This document shows, in pieces, positions 51,177 through 62,174 of a stretch of DNA of 64,000 nucleotides (its first letter is position 1; each line of letters begins with the position of its first letter). Both the position numbers and the translations under genes were made by a program. This stretch comes from Candidatus Bathyarchaeota archaeon. Lineage in GTDB: Archaea > Thermoproteota > Bathyarchaeia > Bathyarchaeales > Bathycorpusculaceae. Location of the stretch: positions 160,001-224,000 of the forward strand of contig CAVYHV010000014.1 in NCBI GenBank assembly GCA_963768425.1, in the 5' to 3' direction. Below the pieces are notes generated by a model that worked only from the letters and a program-made list of their open reading frames with translations, was not told where the DNA came from and did no database searches.

Positions 51177-53195
51177 TTAGATTAGTTCTTCAGGTTTTAC
51201 TGGTGTGTGCCTTATGTGTTTCCCAGACATTTTTTCGATGGCTCTTACCAAAGCCACCGGAACACCTATTGTTGGTGCTTCACCTAGCCCTTTTGCGTGA
51301 TGGGGCATCCAAGATGGATTCTCAACTATCTGGATGGTGAATTTAGGCATGTTTTCAGCCGTTGGTAAACCTGCTTCGAAGAGGTTTTTAGTGAGCAAGT
51401 TGCCTTCAGAGTCATATGCAACTTCCTCGTAGAGAACTTGACCTATTCCCTGTATGGTTCCGCCGATGATTTGGCTTTCAACCATCTTCGGGTTAAGTGA
51501 CCTGCCAACATCGTAGCATGCAGCGCATTCTTTCACTTTGACCATGCCGAACTTGTCGATGCTTGCGGTTGCGAGTTCAGCGCCGAAAGAGTTCAATTGA
51601 GGCTTGCTTGGCCGCTCAAAGATTTCGGAGGAATATTGGCCTGAAAGCAAGTTGTCTAATGAGTATTTTCCGTTCTTAGCCTCAACTTGTGCCTTTAGTT
51701 TTCGCGCTGCTGCAACGACTGCGGCTCCGCCTACAATGGCGCTTCGGCTTCCCCACGTCCCAACGCCGCCGTGGAGCTTGTCAGTGTCTCCGCTGTTTAG
51801 TGTCACAAGTTCTTCGGGAATATCGAGCTCCTCTTTAAGCAATTTTTTCACAAAAATGTAATGTTCTTGACCATGCTGGTTACCGCCCAACCAAACGTAC
51901 ACCTTGCCTGCATTGACTATTATACGTGCAGACTCCCCCGCTGAAATGAAGCCTGGAACCAAAACGAAGAAGCCAAGCCCAGCTTTTTCGCTTTTTGATT
52001 TTTCCCGATATTCTAAGTCAGAAACGGCTTTTGTGAAGAAGGGTCGGGAAGCATCGATTTCGATGCCTAACGGCGACTTGAAGTTCTCTGTTGTTGTATT
52101 TAGGAGTCTGACTTCGTCGGCTTCTAGGTGCAATTCGTCTGCGAGCAGGTCCATCATTCGCTCCATAAAGAATGCTGCTTCTGGTCTGCCTGCGCCACGG
52201 TAGGGTCCCTGCGGGGGTTTGTTGGTCATCACTGCCTTCGCTAGGATACGAGCATTTTCGATCCCGTAAGGACCTGTAAGCTGCATTGAAATAAAGTAGG
52301 GTGCTCTTGACCCTGCAGTGCCGCCGTATGCGCCTGCGTCAACAGTTACTTCTCCTCTGAGCGCAGCCACTTTGCCTTTTCTGTCTGCAAACAGCTTTAT
52401 TTTGCCACGGACGCCCCTGCCAGGCTGCATCGCAGCTAGTTCATCGCTTCTAGAGGCGACCCATTTTATCGGTCTTTTGTACTTCATAGCAGCGTAACTC
52501 GCGACGATGTATTCTGGGTAGATGGCGCTTTTTGAACCGAAGGCTCCGCCGGTGTCGGCTTGGATGACATGCACCTGATTTTTGTCGAGACCTAGGGATG
52601 CACTTATTCCTTCTTGCATGCTGTTGACAGATTGCGTTGAAATGTAGATGGTTAATTTTGACCCGTTGAAAGCCGAAATTAAACCGTGGGGTTCAAGTGG
52701 GTTGTTGGCGATTCGCGCGTTATTGAACTCGTCTTCGAGAACGATTGGAGAGTTGGGGTCTTCAAAATCGTTGCCCAGCGATGTTTGGCTGATAACGTTC
52801 GATTGGGTTCCAGGATGCATGGCACTGGCTTTGAGGGCTTCATCAATGTTCAATATTGGCTTAAGTTTTTCGTACTCAACTTCCACTTCAGAGAGTTTAT
52901 CTTCGGCTTCGTAACGGTCTGCTGCAAAAACGGCTGCGACAGGTTGACCCACATAATACACTTTATCCTGAGCAAGGGGTGGATGAAGCAAAACGGGATT
53001 CATGTTTCCTCCGCTTCCTTCCCCAGCGCCGCTTACAGTGGCTTTCAACTCACTACCGTTTAAGCCACCTTTTACGGAGATGATTCGTGCGTGGGCGTGT
53101 GGGCTTCTGGCGACCATCATGTAAAGCATGTTTGGCAGTTTAATGTCGTCAACATACTTTCCCGCTCCTTTAACTAAGAGGCTAGATTCGCTCAT
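51177..53195 (-). CDS. Xanthine oxidase-family molybdopterin large subunit (CoxL form II/CutA-like)
   Basis: GGAFGSK, PYRGAGRPEA, GTWGSRS, AKGLGE. Confidence 0.92.
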   Translation of the reverse strand: MSESSLLVKGAGKYVDDIKLPNMLYMMVARSPHAHARIISVKGGLNGSELKATVSGAGEGSGGNMNPVLLHPPLAQDKVYYVGQPVAAVFAADRYEAEDKLSEVEVEYEKLKPILNIDEALKASAMHPGTQSNVISQTSLGNDFEDPNSPIVLEDEFNNARIANNPLEPHGLISAFNGSKLTIYISTQSVNSMQEGISASLGLDKNQVHVIQADTGGAFGSKSAIYPEYIVASYAAMKYKRPIKWVASRSDELAAMQPGRGVRGKIKLFADRKGKVAALRGEVTVDAGAYGGTAGSRAPYFISMQLTGPYGIENARILAKAVMTNKPPQGPYRGAGRPEAAFFMERMMDLLADELHLEADEVRLLNTTTENFKSPLGIEIDASRPFFTKAVSDLEYREKSKSEKAGLGFFVLVPGFISAGESARIIVNAGKVYVWLGGNQHGQEHYIFVKKLLKEELDIPEELVTLNSGDTDKLHGGVGTWGSRSAIVGGAAVVAAARKLKAQVEAKNGKYSLDNLLSGQYSSEIFERPSKPQLNSFGAELATASIDKFGMVKVKECAACYDVGRSLNPKMVESQIIGGTIQGIGQVLYEEVAYDSEGNLLTKNLFEAGLPTAENMPKFTIQIVENPSWMPHHAKGLGEAPTIGVPVALVRAIEKMSGKHIRHTPVKPEELI

Positions 53196-53683
53196 AGTTT
53201 GTTAGCCTCCTGCTTCTTCATTATTTTTTGGGCATACTTTACTGATTCAACAATTCCGTGGTAACCCGTGCACCTGCAAATGTTGCCGTGAAGCATGCGC
53301 TTTATTTCTTCGTCGCCCAGCTCTTTGTTTTGGCTCAGCATCCAACAGCTGGTCATAATCATGCCAGGTGTCGAGAAGCCGCATTGAAGCCCCTGTTTTT
53401 CGATAAAAGCTTGCTGTATCGGATGCAGTTGATCTTTGCCGGCTAAACCTTCGATGGTTAATATTTCTTTACCGTCCGCTTGAACGCCTAGAACGGTGCA
53501 AGATTTGACTGCTTTTCCGTCCATCAGGACGGTGCATGCACCGCAGTTCGTTGTGTCGCAGCCGTGATGCGTCCCAGTGAGTCCAAGGTCATCTCTAAGC
53601 ACGCTTACTAGGAGTCGCCTGGGTTCAAGTTCAAGCTCAACAGTTTTTCCATTTACCTTAAAACGCGTCTTAACTCTTTTCAT
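53192..53683 (-). CDS. [2Fe-2S] small subunit (CoxS-like)
   Basis: GCDTTNCGACTV, QCGFSTPG, GNICRCTGY. Confidence 0.94.
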   Translation of the reverse strand: MKRVKTRFKVNGKTVELELEPRRLLVSVLRDDLGLTGTHHGCDTTNCGACTVLMDGKAVKSCTVLGVQADGKEILTIEGLAGKDQLHPIQQAFIEKQGLQCGFSTPGMIMTSCWMLSQNKELGDEEIKRMLHGNICRCTGYHGIVESVKYAQKIMKKQEANKL

Positions 53684-54569
53684 AATTACCCATCGCCGCT
53701 CTTTTATATGCACATTCCAAAGTGTCTTTCACAAGTATTCCCAAAATTTTCCTTCGATACTCTGCCGAAGCATAAAGGTCGCTTGGAGGCTCGGAAACCT
53801 CAATAGCCAGTTTTGAAACGCCAGCTAAAGCGTCTTTTTTAAGCCTTTTCCCAATAAGCGCTTCCTCGGCTTTTAGGGGTCTAAGCGGCCTTGGACCCAC
53901 CCCAGTGAGCGCCAGCCTACACACAGAAACCGTGTTGTCGTCCTCAAGTGAAAGATTGGCGGCCACCCCAGCTATCGTAAAGCCTCCTGAACCTTTCTTG
54001 ACCTTGCAATAAGCGTTTCCGCATCGGCTCTCTTGAAAAGGAATTTGGGTTTCCGTGAGAATCTCGTTGGGTCTAACTGTGGTCTTGAAGGGGCCAACGT
54101 AGAGGTCTTCAACGTTAATTTTTCTTTCGCCTGCCAGTGAGCACAGAACGACGGAAGCATTTAATGCAATCATCGGTGCAGGCAAATCGTTCACTGGATC
54201 GCCGTGGCAAAGGTTGCCGCCAACCGTTCCAAGATTTCTCACCAGCGGATCAGCAATTTCCGACGACGCATCATGCAGTATGGGCAGTGAAGTAGAAATC
54301 TCCAAATCATTTTCCAAACTACCGACGGTTGTCAACGCGCCGATTTTGTACATTTGGTTTTCTTTTCGAATGTAATCGAGGTCTTTGATTCTGGTTATGT
54401 CTACGACGCTGCTGAGCGAAGAGATCAAAGGAGAGATGCGTGTTTTCAGGGCTGGTATGAGGCTTTGCCCTCCAGCAAGCACTTTCACGTTTGAATTGGC
54501 GTCTTGAAGGAACACTAAAGCTCCGCTGAGGTTTTTGGGGACAAAATAGTCAAAAGATCGAGGAAACAT
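53670..54569 (-). CDS. FAD-binding medium subunit (CoxM-like)
   Basis: LAGGQSLIP, VRNLGTVGGNL, ASAEYRR. Confidence 0.94.
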   Translation of the reverse strand: MFPRSFDYFVPKNLSGALVFLQDANSNVKVLAGGQSLIPALKTRISPLISSLSSVVDITRIKDLDYIRKENQMYKIGALTTVGSLENDLEISTSLPILHDASSEIADPLVRNLGTVGGNLCHGDPVNDLPAPMIALNASVVLCSLAGERKINVEDLYVGPFKTTVRPNEILTETQIPFQESRCGNAYCKVKKGSGGFTIAGVAANLSLEDDNTVSVCRLALTGVGPRPLRPLKAEEALIGKRLKKDALAGVSKLAIEVSEPPSDLYASAEYRRKILGILVKDTLECAYKRAAMGNYEKS

Positions 54570-54955
54570 AATAATAGCATCCACTCGCAAAAGAAGGTTC
54601 AACGGTTTGCAGGATATAAACAATTGTTGGCACACAATTGATTCAATCTGAACCTAAAGAACGTCTAAAGAACCACAAATTTCGATGGCTTCGCAAGTCC
54701 AGGAAGAAAATGAAAAGAAAAACTTGATTTTTGCGACGAAACTTTTGAGCAGCACAACCCTTTGATGGGCAGCCACTGAGTTATCGTTGTTTCGGCGTAA
54801 AGATGTATTGAAAGTCAGGGTTAGCTTGACCGTACTTTTGTTGAATCGCCCTGTTTATTCTTAGCCAATCATCATATATCAAAGGCCAAATGTCGCTTGC
54901 TGCAACTCTCTTAGACGCATACTCTGTGATTGGTCCAGTCCTCTTGATCAGACGC

Positions 54956-57842
54956 TTATGCCAATCTACCTCGATCAGTCCAGCCCGACGCAGATACTGA
55001 AGATTCTGATAAACGCGATCTGGGTCTGCTGGAATAGTTTAAGCCTCTTAAGTCTTCAACAATAGAATCCAACGAAATCTCATTTTCTGGCCGCAGACAA
55101 ACCACTGCAGCTATATCCATAGTCAGCCGAGTGTTAGCGCTTAAGTAGAGAGTTTTCCGTTTCGGAACCAAAACCTGCTCAATCCTGTATGCGTGCCTCT
55201 TGTAAAACATGCGTTTTCGCGAACTCGGCTAAGAAAAGATAGGCAACTACCATTAGAAGCAAGCGACGTAGAAGAGGAGTGGCGGAGGCATGAAAATGGA
55301 AAACCTGTCCTAAGCGAGTGTATAGGGTATGATAAAGGCTGCGGCAACTACTGAAAGGCTGCTAAGCGTCAAGATATTTACCAGGTTTGCTTTTCCAAAA
55401 TGGCGACTGACGGGTTCTAATTACAAACACAACTAAGGTTTGAGTGCAAAGCGATTCAATAAACCAAGCAGTTTGAAATTGCGATTGTGAGAAGACGTTG
55501 CTAACGACACAGGCTAAGCATAGCGATGGAAAATCAAGATCATGGTGAAGAATGTGGTGTAATCGAAAATTGAGCTAATCGGACCTTCGACAGCCATGAA
55601 GTTTCGTGATGAAAGAAATGTCCCATCTTTTTGGCCGCTCAATGTATTCTTCGTCTACGTTGTCGGTGGCTATTGTGGTTTGGGACAGTGTGTACAGAAG
55701 ATTGTTTAGCAGTATCTGGATGGATAGCATAGGCAAAGAGTTGGCGCAGTAAAAATAAGGCACGCTCCCGCCACACTGAACATGTTGCCGAAGTTTGAGC
55801 TGATGCCCATCATCACGTACTTCATGGTGTTGCCGAAGGTTTTTCTTCCCTCAATTACACCTTGAGCCAGCACTGTCAAGTCATTTTCAAGAAGAATAAT
55901 ATCAGCTGCCTCTTTTGCAACGTCCACGGCATTGTTAACTGAAACGCCAACATCAGAAGTTTTAAGGGAAGGAGCATCGTTAATGCCGTCGCCCATGAAG
56001 CCAACAACATGCCCGTTGCTTTTTAGCAAATTGATTATTCGGTCTTTCTGCACGGGAGTAACTCGGGCAAACACGTTAGCTTCTTCCACAACCCGAGCCA
56101 ACGCGTCATCATGCATCTGGACGATTTCGCTGCCAAGAACAACCCCTTTAATTTCAAAGCCAAGTTGCTCGCAAACTTTTCTGGTAACCAGCTCGTTGTC
56201 GCCTGTCAACGATTTTTAGTTCTATTCCTTCTTTTGCCAAGAAGCTGAGATTGATTCTTTAGCCGTTTGCTTTGGGCGGATCCAAGAAAGCGACGAAGCC
56301 AAGAAAAACCATGTCAGCTTTCGTCATTAACTGAATAGGTGGTTTTTTCTTCTTTGAGTTTTTTATAGGCGACGCCCAAGACCCTTAAGCCCTCAGAGCT
56401 TAAGTCAAAGTATTTTTGCTCAATTTTCTTCCGTAAGTTCTTCGCCAATGTCCTGGATGACTCCGTCTATTTCGCAGTAAGCTGAAACCTTCAAAACCTC
56501 TTCAGGAGCGCCCTTTAGCAATCAAAACCCTTTCCCGTTGCTGCTCAACAACAACCGAGACTCGTCTTCTAACAAAATCAAATGGAACTTCATCGATTTT
56601 TTGGAAACCCGCAATGTCTGATTTCTTTATGTACAAGTATGGCATCGTCAAGTGGGCTTTTGAGTCCAGTTTGGTAGTAGCTGTTCAGATACGAATACAG
56701 GAGAACTTTGTCGTCATCTTTGCCTTCAGAATCAACATGCATCACTAAGCGATATGCTGTTTTCCGTCAAGGTTCCAGTCTTGTCCGTGCATAAAACGTT
56801 CATGCTGCCGAAGTTCTCGATGGAAGGCAGATGTTTGACGACGACGCCTTTCTTGGACATGTTAACGGCGCCCTTCGAAAGGTTCATCGTGATAATCATG
56901 GGCAAAAGCTCAGGCGTCAACCCCACAGCCAAAGCAGCCGCAAAAAGCAGGGAATCAATCAAGCTGCGATGAAAAAGGCAAGCACAATGAAAACGAAAAT
57001 AATCAAGCACAAACGTGACTTGCATGATAAGGTAACTGAATCCTTTGACGCCTCTTTCAAATTCGGTTTCAGGCGGCTTGGCAACAAGCCTCTTGGCGAT
57101 TTTTCCGTATTCCGTGGAGCCGCCTGTTTTCGCAACAACAGCCGTCGAACTGCCGCTTACAACGGAAGTGCCCATGAACAGGTAATTGTCCCATTCTGTA
57201 ATGGAACCAGACGATAAGATTGACGGACTGCAAGTTGTTAGCGGTTTTTTCAACGGGAAACGATTCGCCAGTCAAAGCGCTTTGGTTGATGAAGAGATCT
57301 TTGGCGGTGATTATTCTTGCGTCGGCAGGAGCGATGTCGCCAGCTGAAAGGTAAATTATGTCGCCGGGAACAATTTGGGAAAGCTTAATCTCTTTCTTGA
57401 CGTTATCACGCACAACAGTGGCGGTTGTGCTGACTTTTTCTTTGAGAAGTTCAGCGGCGTTTTCAGCTTTGGATTCCTGATAATGGTCAATGCTGACGCT
57501 GATCATTACAATGACAAATATTATGGTGAAGTCAGGAATGTCGCCAGTGGCGCCGGCGAAGGCGGCAGCAGCCAAAAGTATCAGAATCAAGAGGGCTTTT
57601 AAAATGCAGAAGAAAACTGACTATGCCTGAACGCTTCATTTTTCGCGCTAATTCGTTAGTGCCGTAAATTGTTGATTCTTCGTTCTGCTTCTTCAGAGCT
57701 AAGACCCTGCGGCGAAGTCCCAAGCCTGCGACAACAATTCGTTCGCGGGCAGAGTCAAAACTTCTTCTGTGGTGACGGGAGGCTGCGCTAACGGAACATT
57801 CTCTTTAATCGTGAATATTTCTGGGTTGCTTTGCGCAGCCAT
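54956..57842 (-). CDS. mgtA: Mg2+-translocating P-type ATPase (many frameshifts; end approximate)
   Basis: LTGESFPVEK, GLTPELLPMI, CTDKTGTLT, MGDGINDAPSL, SSNFGNMFS, PKRWDI. Confidence 0.88.
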
Positions 57843-58100
57843 CTGCCAAGTTCTCCCCGCCAAAGTTCACTCCAACCAAGAGTGAAAAGATTCTAGCATA
57901 CAACCAGACACATCATTTATAAAAACCCTCTCAAAAACAAACGAGAAACAAGCATGAAGAAAGAAAGTTGCCTGACTTCTCTTAAAGAAGCGATCACGCC
58001 AGTGTTTTAAAAAAACAGCTGAAAAACAACCAGAAAACGGCGCTAAAGCAAGGTTTCTTCCAAACAAAAAAGGTAGGTTCAGAAATTGGACAGTTGATAA

Positions 58101-59204
58101 TTGTTTTTATACCCTAATTTTATTACACTAAACAACCAATTTGCAGCCAGTGATAAAAGTTTGACCCCAGACCTCAAAAAAGCAGCGTCAGTTGCAACGC
58201 GATCCCTTGCCCCAGGAAAACCCCACCATGCCCAGTGGCTTGTGACAAGAAAATGCAACTACCGCTGTGCAGGTTGCAACGTCTGGAAAGAACAGGACGA
58301 AAGAGAGCTGCCAGCTAAAGACATAATAAAAGGGTTAGGCATCCTGAAAAAACTTGGAATCGCCGAGCTCGTTATTTCTGGCGGGGACCCGCTTCTGAGG
58401 GATGACATTGGCGAAATAATTGATTACGCCACAAATTGCTTCATAACAACTGTTTACGATAATGGAAGCATGGCTGCAAAAAAAATCGATCTGCTCAATA
58501 AAGTGGATTTCGTCGCTATTTCAATCGACAGCTTAGACGAAGCAAAAAACGACTCCATCAAAACGGTTCCAGGAGCGTGGAAAACTGCGATGGAAACGGT
58601 CGAAAAACTTCACAGCGAAGGAGTCAACGTGAGCGTGACGCCTACTATCTCGCAGAAAAACCTCGATGAAATAATCGACCTGACTGAATATTTCACGAAG
58701 AAAAAAATCCCCGTATGGTACTCACTCTACTCATTTGACTGCTCCGCCGCCGAAAACCAGCTGTTCAAAATAGGTAAAGAAAACGACGAATTCATAATCA
58801 CTGACAAACAGGCCATGGTTAACCTCTGGAATTCTTTACTTGCAATGAAAAAGAAAAACAGCAAAATTCTGATGACGAAGAAACTGCTGAAAACGTTAAT
58901 AGAATTTTATGCGACAGATGAAAGACCATGGAAATGTGAAGCGCTTAAGAACTTCTTTGTTATTGACCCGGTGGGTAGAGTCGCTGGATGCCACAGCCAT
59001 GATTTCGCAGGTTCAGTGTTTGATTTGCCTAAGCTGTGGAAAAGCCAAGAATTCAAAAACCTACGCCGAAACTATCATGATTGTTCACAATGCAATTACT
59101 TATGTTATATTTTTTATTCGATGCAGGGGGGCCCATGGGGGAGTGTTTCGGTTGCTTTTGATCAGTGGAGAAACGCCGGGTTAGTTTTCAAGAAAACAAA
59201 CTAA
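58101..59204 (+). CDS. Radical SAM protein with SPASM/twitch-like C-terminus
   Basis: CNYRCAGC, SGGDPL, ISIDS, C-terminal CSQCNYLC. Confidence 0.88.
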   Translation: MFLYPNFITLNNQFAASDKSLTPDLKKAASVATRSLAPGKPHHAQWLVTRKCNYRCAGCNVWKEQDERELPAKDIIKGLGILKKLGIAELVISGGDPLLRDDIGEIIDYATNCFITTVYDNGSMAAKKIDLLNKVDFVAISIDSLDEAKNDSIKTVPGAWKTAMETVEKLHSEGVNVSVTPTISQKNLDEIIDLTEYFTKKKIPVWYSLYSFDCSAAENQLFKIGKENDEFIITDKQAMVNLWNSLLAMKKKNSKILMTKKLLKTLIEFYATDERPWKCEALKNFFVIDPVGRVAGCHSHDFAGSVFDLPKLWKSQEFKNLRRNYHDCSQCNYLCYIFYSMQGGPWGSVSVAFDQWRNAGLVFKKTN

Positions 59205-59297
59205 GAACTCCATGTTTGGAACATATCATAAACTAGCCGAATTACATCATTGCAGAAGGTTGATTCGTTTTAAATGTGTAAGAGAAGCCAGTTTCGT

Positions 59298-59924
59298 TTA
59301 ATTAGAACCCAAATTGGGGATAACAACGTTGCCGATTACTCTGCACAGAACCTCAAAAACTTCGTCAGCATTCAATTTGTCAGTGTCCAAAATCAGATCG
59401 AAAGGCGCAAAGTCTTCGCCTAAAACAAAACCGTAAAGCTCTTTGTAAATCGCTTTCGTTCTAGCTTCCTTTTCTTCCAAAATCTTGATTGCTTGTTCAG
59501 GGGTCATTCCGTCGCGTTCAGCAACTCTGGCGGCTCTCTTCTCGAGTGAAGCCATCAACCAAATCTTAAAACCACCTTTCAGCAGCCAAGGCATAGTCCA
59601 ACTGTCCAATAGAACGTTTCCTTTTGCAGCGTACTCTAGCAGTTTTCCATCTACCGCCTTATCGAATTTAGGGTCACTTGCCCGCGTCTTAAGAAAATTT
59701 AAGCCATCAGGGGTTTCCCACCAACCCTCACGAGACGCATCATAGCCTTCAGCTTTCGCGAGCTCCTTTAGCGCATCGCCACCTGAATAACATTTAAGAT
59801 TATATTTTTTCGCAAGTTTCTTTGACAGCGTGCTTTTTCCGGTTCCAGCCATTCCAGAAATGCAGATTACCATCTTTTTGTCAGGAAAACAGGGGTTGGA
59901 TGTTTTGGACATCGTCGTCACCAT
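59298..59924 (-). CDS. cmk: Cytidylate kinase (archaeal type)
   Basis: ISGMAGTGKST, KRAARVAERD, FDLILDT; downstream of DUF106. Confidence 0.9.
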   Translation of the reverse strand: MVTTMSKTSNPCFPDKKMVICISGMAGTGKSTLSKKLAKKYNLKCYSGGDALKELAKAEGYDASREGWWETPDGLNFLKTRASDPKFDKAVDGKLLEYAAKGNVLLDSWTMPWLLKGGFKIWLMASLEKRAARVAERDGMTPEQAIKILEEKEARTKAIYKELYGFVLGEDFAPFDLILDTDKLNADEVFEVLCRVIGNVVIPNLGSN

Positions 59925-59935
59925 TTTTTGCTGGA

Positions 59936-60883
59936 TTAGGGTTCAATAGGCATTATTCCGAGTATGCGTGATCCCAACAGGCCGAGGAAGAATGAGCAGA
60001 TTGGATACCAATAGACTACTGAGAGGCTTCCGAGGCCAGGAAGGTAAACCATGGAAGTTACGCCGTAGGTGGGTGTTAAGACGAAAATCCATATGAATAT
60101 GTAGAGGAATGATATTCCAAGCTGAACCATCTGGGGCTTTAGCATTTTTGCCTGCATGCTGTTGATTTGGGATTGTCTTTTCTTGAGCTTTTCCACCTGT
60201 TTCTTGTCGTTGGCTCTTGCGGCCGCCATGGTTTCTTTTCTATACTCGTTCATCTCCTTCTGCATTACCCGGTACTGTTCCCAACCGACAAAGTAATTGA
60301 TTAAAACTCTGTTTAACGCGGTGTTTAAGAAAGCGATTCCTAAAGCGATTATGAGAATCAAGATTGCAGACGTTATGGAGCTTATCACAATTGGAGAATT
60401 TTCGGTCACCTTAACTGATTGCGGCACGTTGACTGTTGTTGTGGTCGTGTTTTCGCTGACGCCGACAGTCCACTTGTATGTCCCAGATGGCAAGGGATTT
60501 CTTGCATCAAACGTGAAAGTGAGACTTTGAGTCGGGGTTAATCCTTGCGTGGACCCGAAGATAATAATGAAGTAATTACTTTTCCCAGTTTGTAAATATG
60601 CAGTCCAATTCTGCGAAGACGCCTGTTGTGTAATGGTAAAATGGCCTAGTTCACTGTAGCCTGTTGGAACCGTTATGTTTGCGCTTCCAATGGTTTCAGT
60701 GCCCGAGTTTGTTATTGTGATTGTGTATAAGGTATTTTGCCTTACGGTGGAAGATTGAGCGGAAATAGAAGCTTGAACACTAAGGCCGCCTGTAGCGGAT
60801 ACTGAACCGGTTATCAGACTGACTGCTGACAATGCAACCATTGCAAGTATCAGGGCAATAACCAATTTCTTCAATACTTTCAT
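59936..60883 (-). CDS. DUF106/EMC3-TMCO1 (Oxa1 superfamily) insertase with N-terminal exported domain
   Basis: C-terminal TM-coiled coil (QKEMNEYRKE...KKRQSQI)-KPQ-TM-WYPICS pattern; N-terminal signal peptide and ~130-aa S/T-rich beta domain; adjacent to cmk. Confidence 0.85.
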   Translation of the reverse strand: MKVLKKLVIALILAMVALSAVSLITGSVSATGGLSVQASISAQSSTVRQNTLYTITITNSGTETIGSANITVPTGYSELGHFTITQQASSQNWTAYLQTGKSNYFIIIFGSTQGLTPTQSLTFTFDARNPLPSGTYKWTVGVSENTTTTTVNVPQSVKVTENSPIVISSITSAILILIIALGIAFLNTALNRVLINYFVGWEQYRVMQKEMNEYRKETMAAARANDKKQVEKLKKRQSQINSMQAKMLKPQMVQLGISFLYIFIWIFVLTPTYGVTSMVYLPGLGSLSVVYWYPICSFFLGLLGSRILGIMPIEP

Positions 60884-61052
60884 GCATCAATCATCCTATT
60901 TTACGGGCATCCGCGGTTACGTGTCTGCGTAATGCGTAACTTGTTTCCTTGTTAATAACCGTTTTTGCTTCTGAACACTGCAAGTTCCCAATCAAACCGC
61001 TTTGCCAACAAAACAGTCTTGTTGCTAACCTGATCAAATTGTAATTTGGCGT

Positions 61053-61868
61053 CTAATGATTGAAAGGGTAAACTTCGTTCCTTTCCAAATATGTCAATGA
61101 GTTTGCGGTTTTCTTTATTGTTTCGGTTTCGAGGGCAACCTCTGGGGCAATTTTGTTTTTCTCAAGGGCAACGGTTAGAGCGTGCCAGTTGATGTTTCCG
61201 CAGCCTATCTCAAGGTGCTGGTCTGATTTGCCCATGTTATCGCTGAAATGCATGTAAGGAACATGGCTGCGCAGTTGTGCAACCCAATCTTCAACTGTGA
61301 CATTAGAGAAAGCATTTACGTGCCCAGTATCAAGGCAGACTTTGAGTCGCGACATGTTCACTTCTTTGAGCAACGCATTCAAAATTTCAGGTGAAGGCTC
61401 CCAAAAATTCTCCAAAAGCACAGTGGCTTCATATTTGTCGAGAATTTCTTTCCAAAAACTTGCGTTTCTCGCGATCCAGTTGCTCCTGTAAAGGTCCCCG
61501 TAAACGAAGGGGTTGAAGTTGGCGTGGAAAACTACATATTTTGCGTTAAGTGATTGTGCGATATCCATGTTTCGGAGGATTCGCTGTTTTGAGACTTTTG
61601 CTATTTTAGGGTCGCTGCTGTGTATGCAAATATCCTGAAAGACGCCGTGAACAGCCACTTTGCCTTCGAATGTTGATAGCGCACGTTGATGCCCCCTTAC
61701 AAGGCTGCGCCAGTTACTGTCAAGAGCGTCCGCGTACGCGAAAGTTCCAAGCTCAATGTTGCAGCCGTGCGTTTCCGCGAATTTCAGAAAGTCGCAAAAA
61801 CAGTATTCCTCGTGCTCCGGTATTCCGTGGCTCTTCCAAATTCTAGGTTGCACATATATCATTGACAT
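61053..61868 (-). CDS. Sugar phosphate isomerase/epimerase (AP endonuclease 2 TIM barrel)
   Basis: VVFH, LLEN, CLDTGH, MHFSDN..DQHL, ALE. Confidence 0.88.
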   Translation of the reverse strand: MSMIYVQPRIWKSHGIPEHEEYCFCDFLKFAETHGCNIELGTFAYADALDSNWRSLVRGHQRALSTFEGKVAVHGVFQDICIHSSDPKIAKVSKQRILRNMDIAQSLNAKYVVFHANFNPFVYGDLYRSNWIARNASFWKEILDKYEATVLLENFWEPSPEILNALLKEVNMSRLKVCLDTGHVNAFSNVTVEDWVAQLRSHVPYMHFSDNMGKSDQHLEIGCGNINWHALTVALEKNKIAPEVALETETIKKTANSLTYLERNEVYPFNH

Positions 61869-62174
61869 TAGGATTTCTCATGTCTGAATCTACAGAATCC
61901 CTTATCTGCTTATCGCACGCAAACACGCACATGAATTCCGAAACTTTTGGAAACGCTTCCAAAAACAAGCTGAACAAACATTACACTATTAGAATTGATG
62001 ATTGTACCAAAAAATGATCATAAACTACGTACATAGTCTTTGCTTCTTTCGCCTGCACTACTTTTCGAAACTTGTTAAACGAAGAGAAAAGCGACAAGAT
62101 GATATCTAGTGACAATGTTGTTTTTGTTTAAAATTAAAAAAAATAAAAAAGGGAAATGTTTTTGTTTTTTTAGC

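Noticed and set aside
51177-53195. Aerobic CO dehydrogenase (form I)
   Set aside because: Active-site loop is PYRGAGR rather than AYxCSFR
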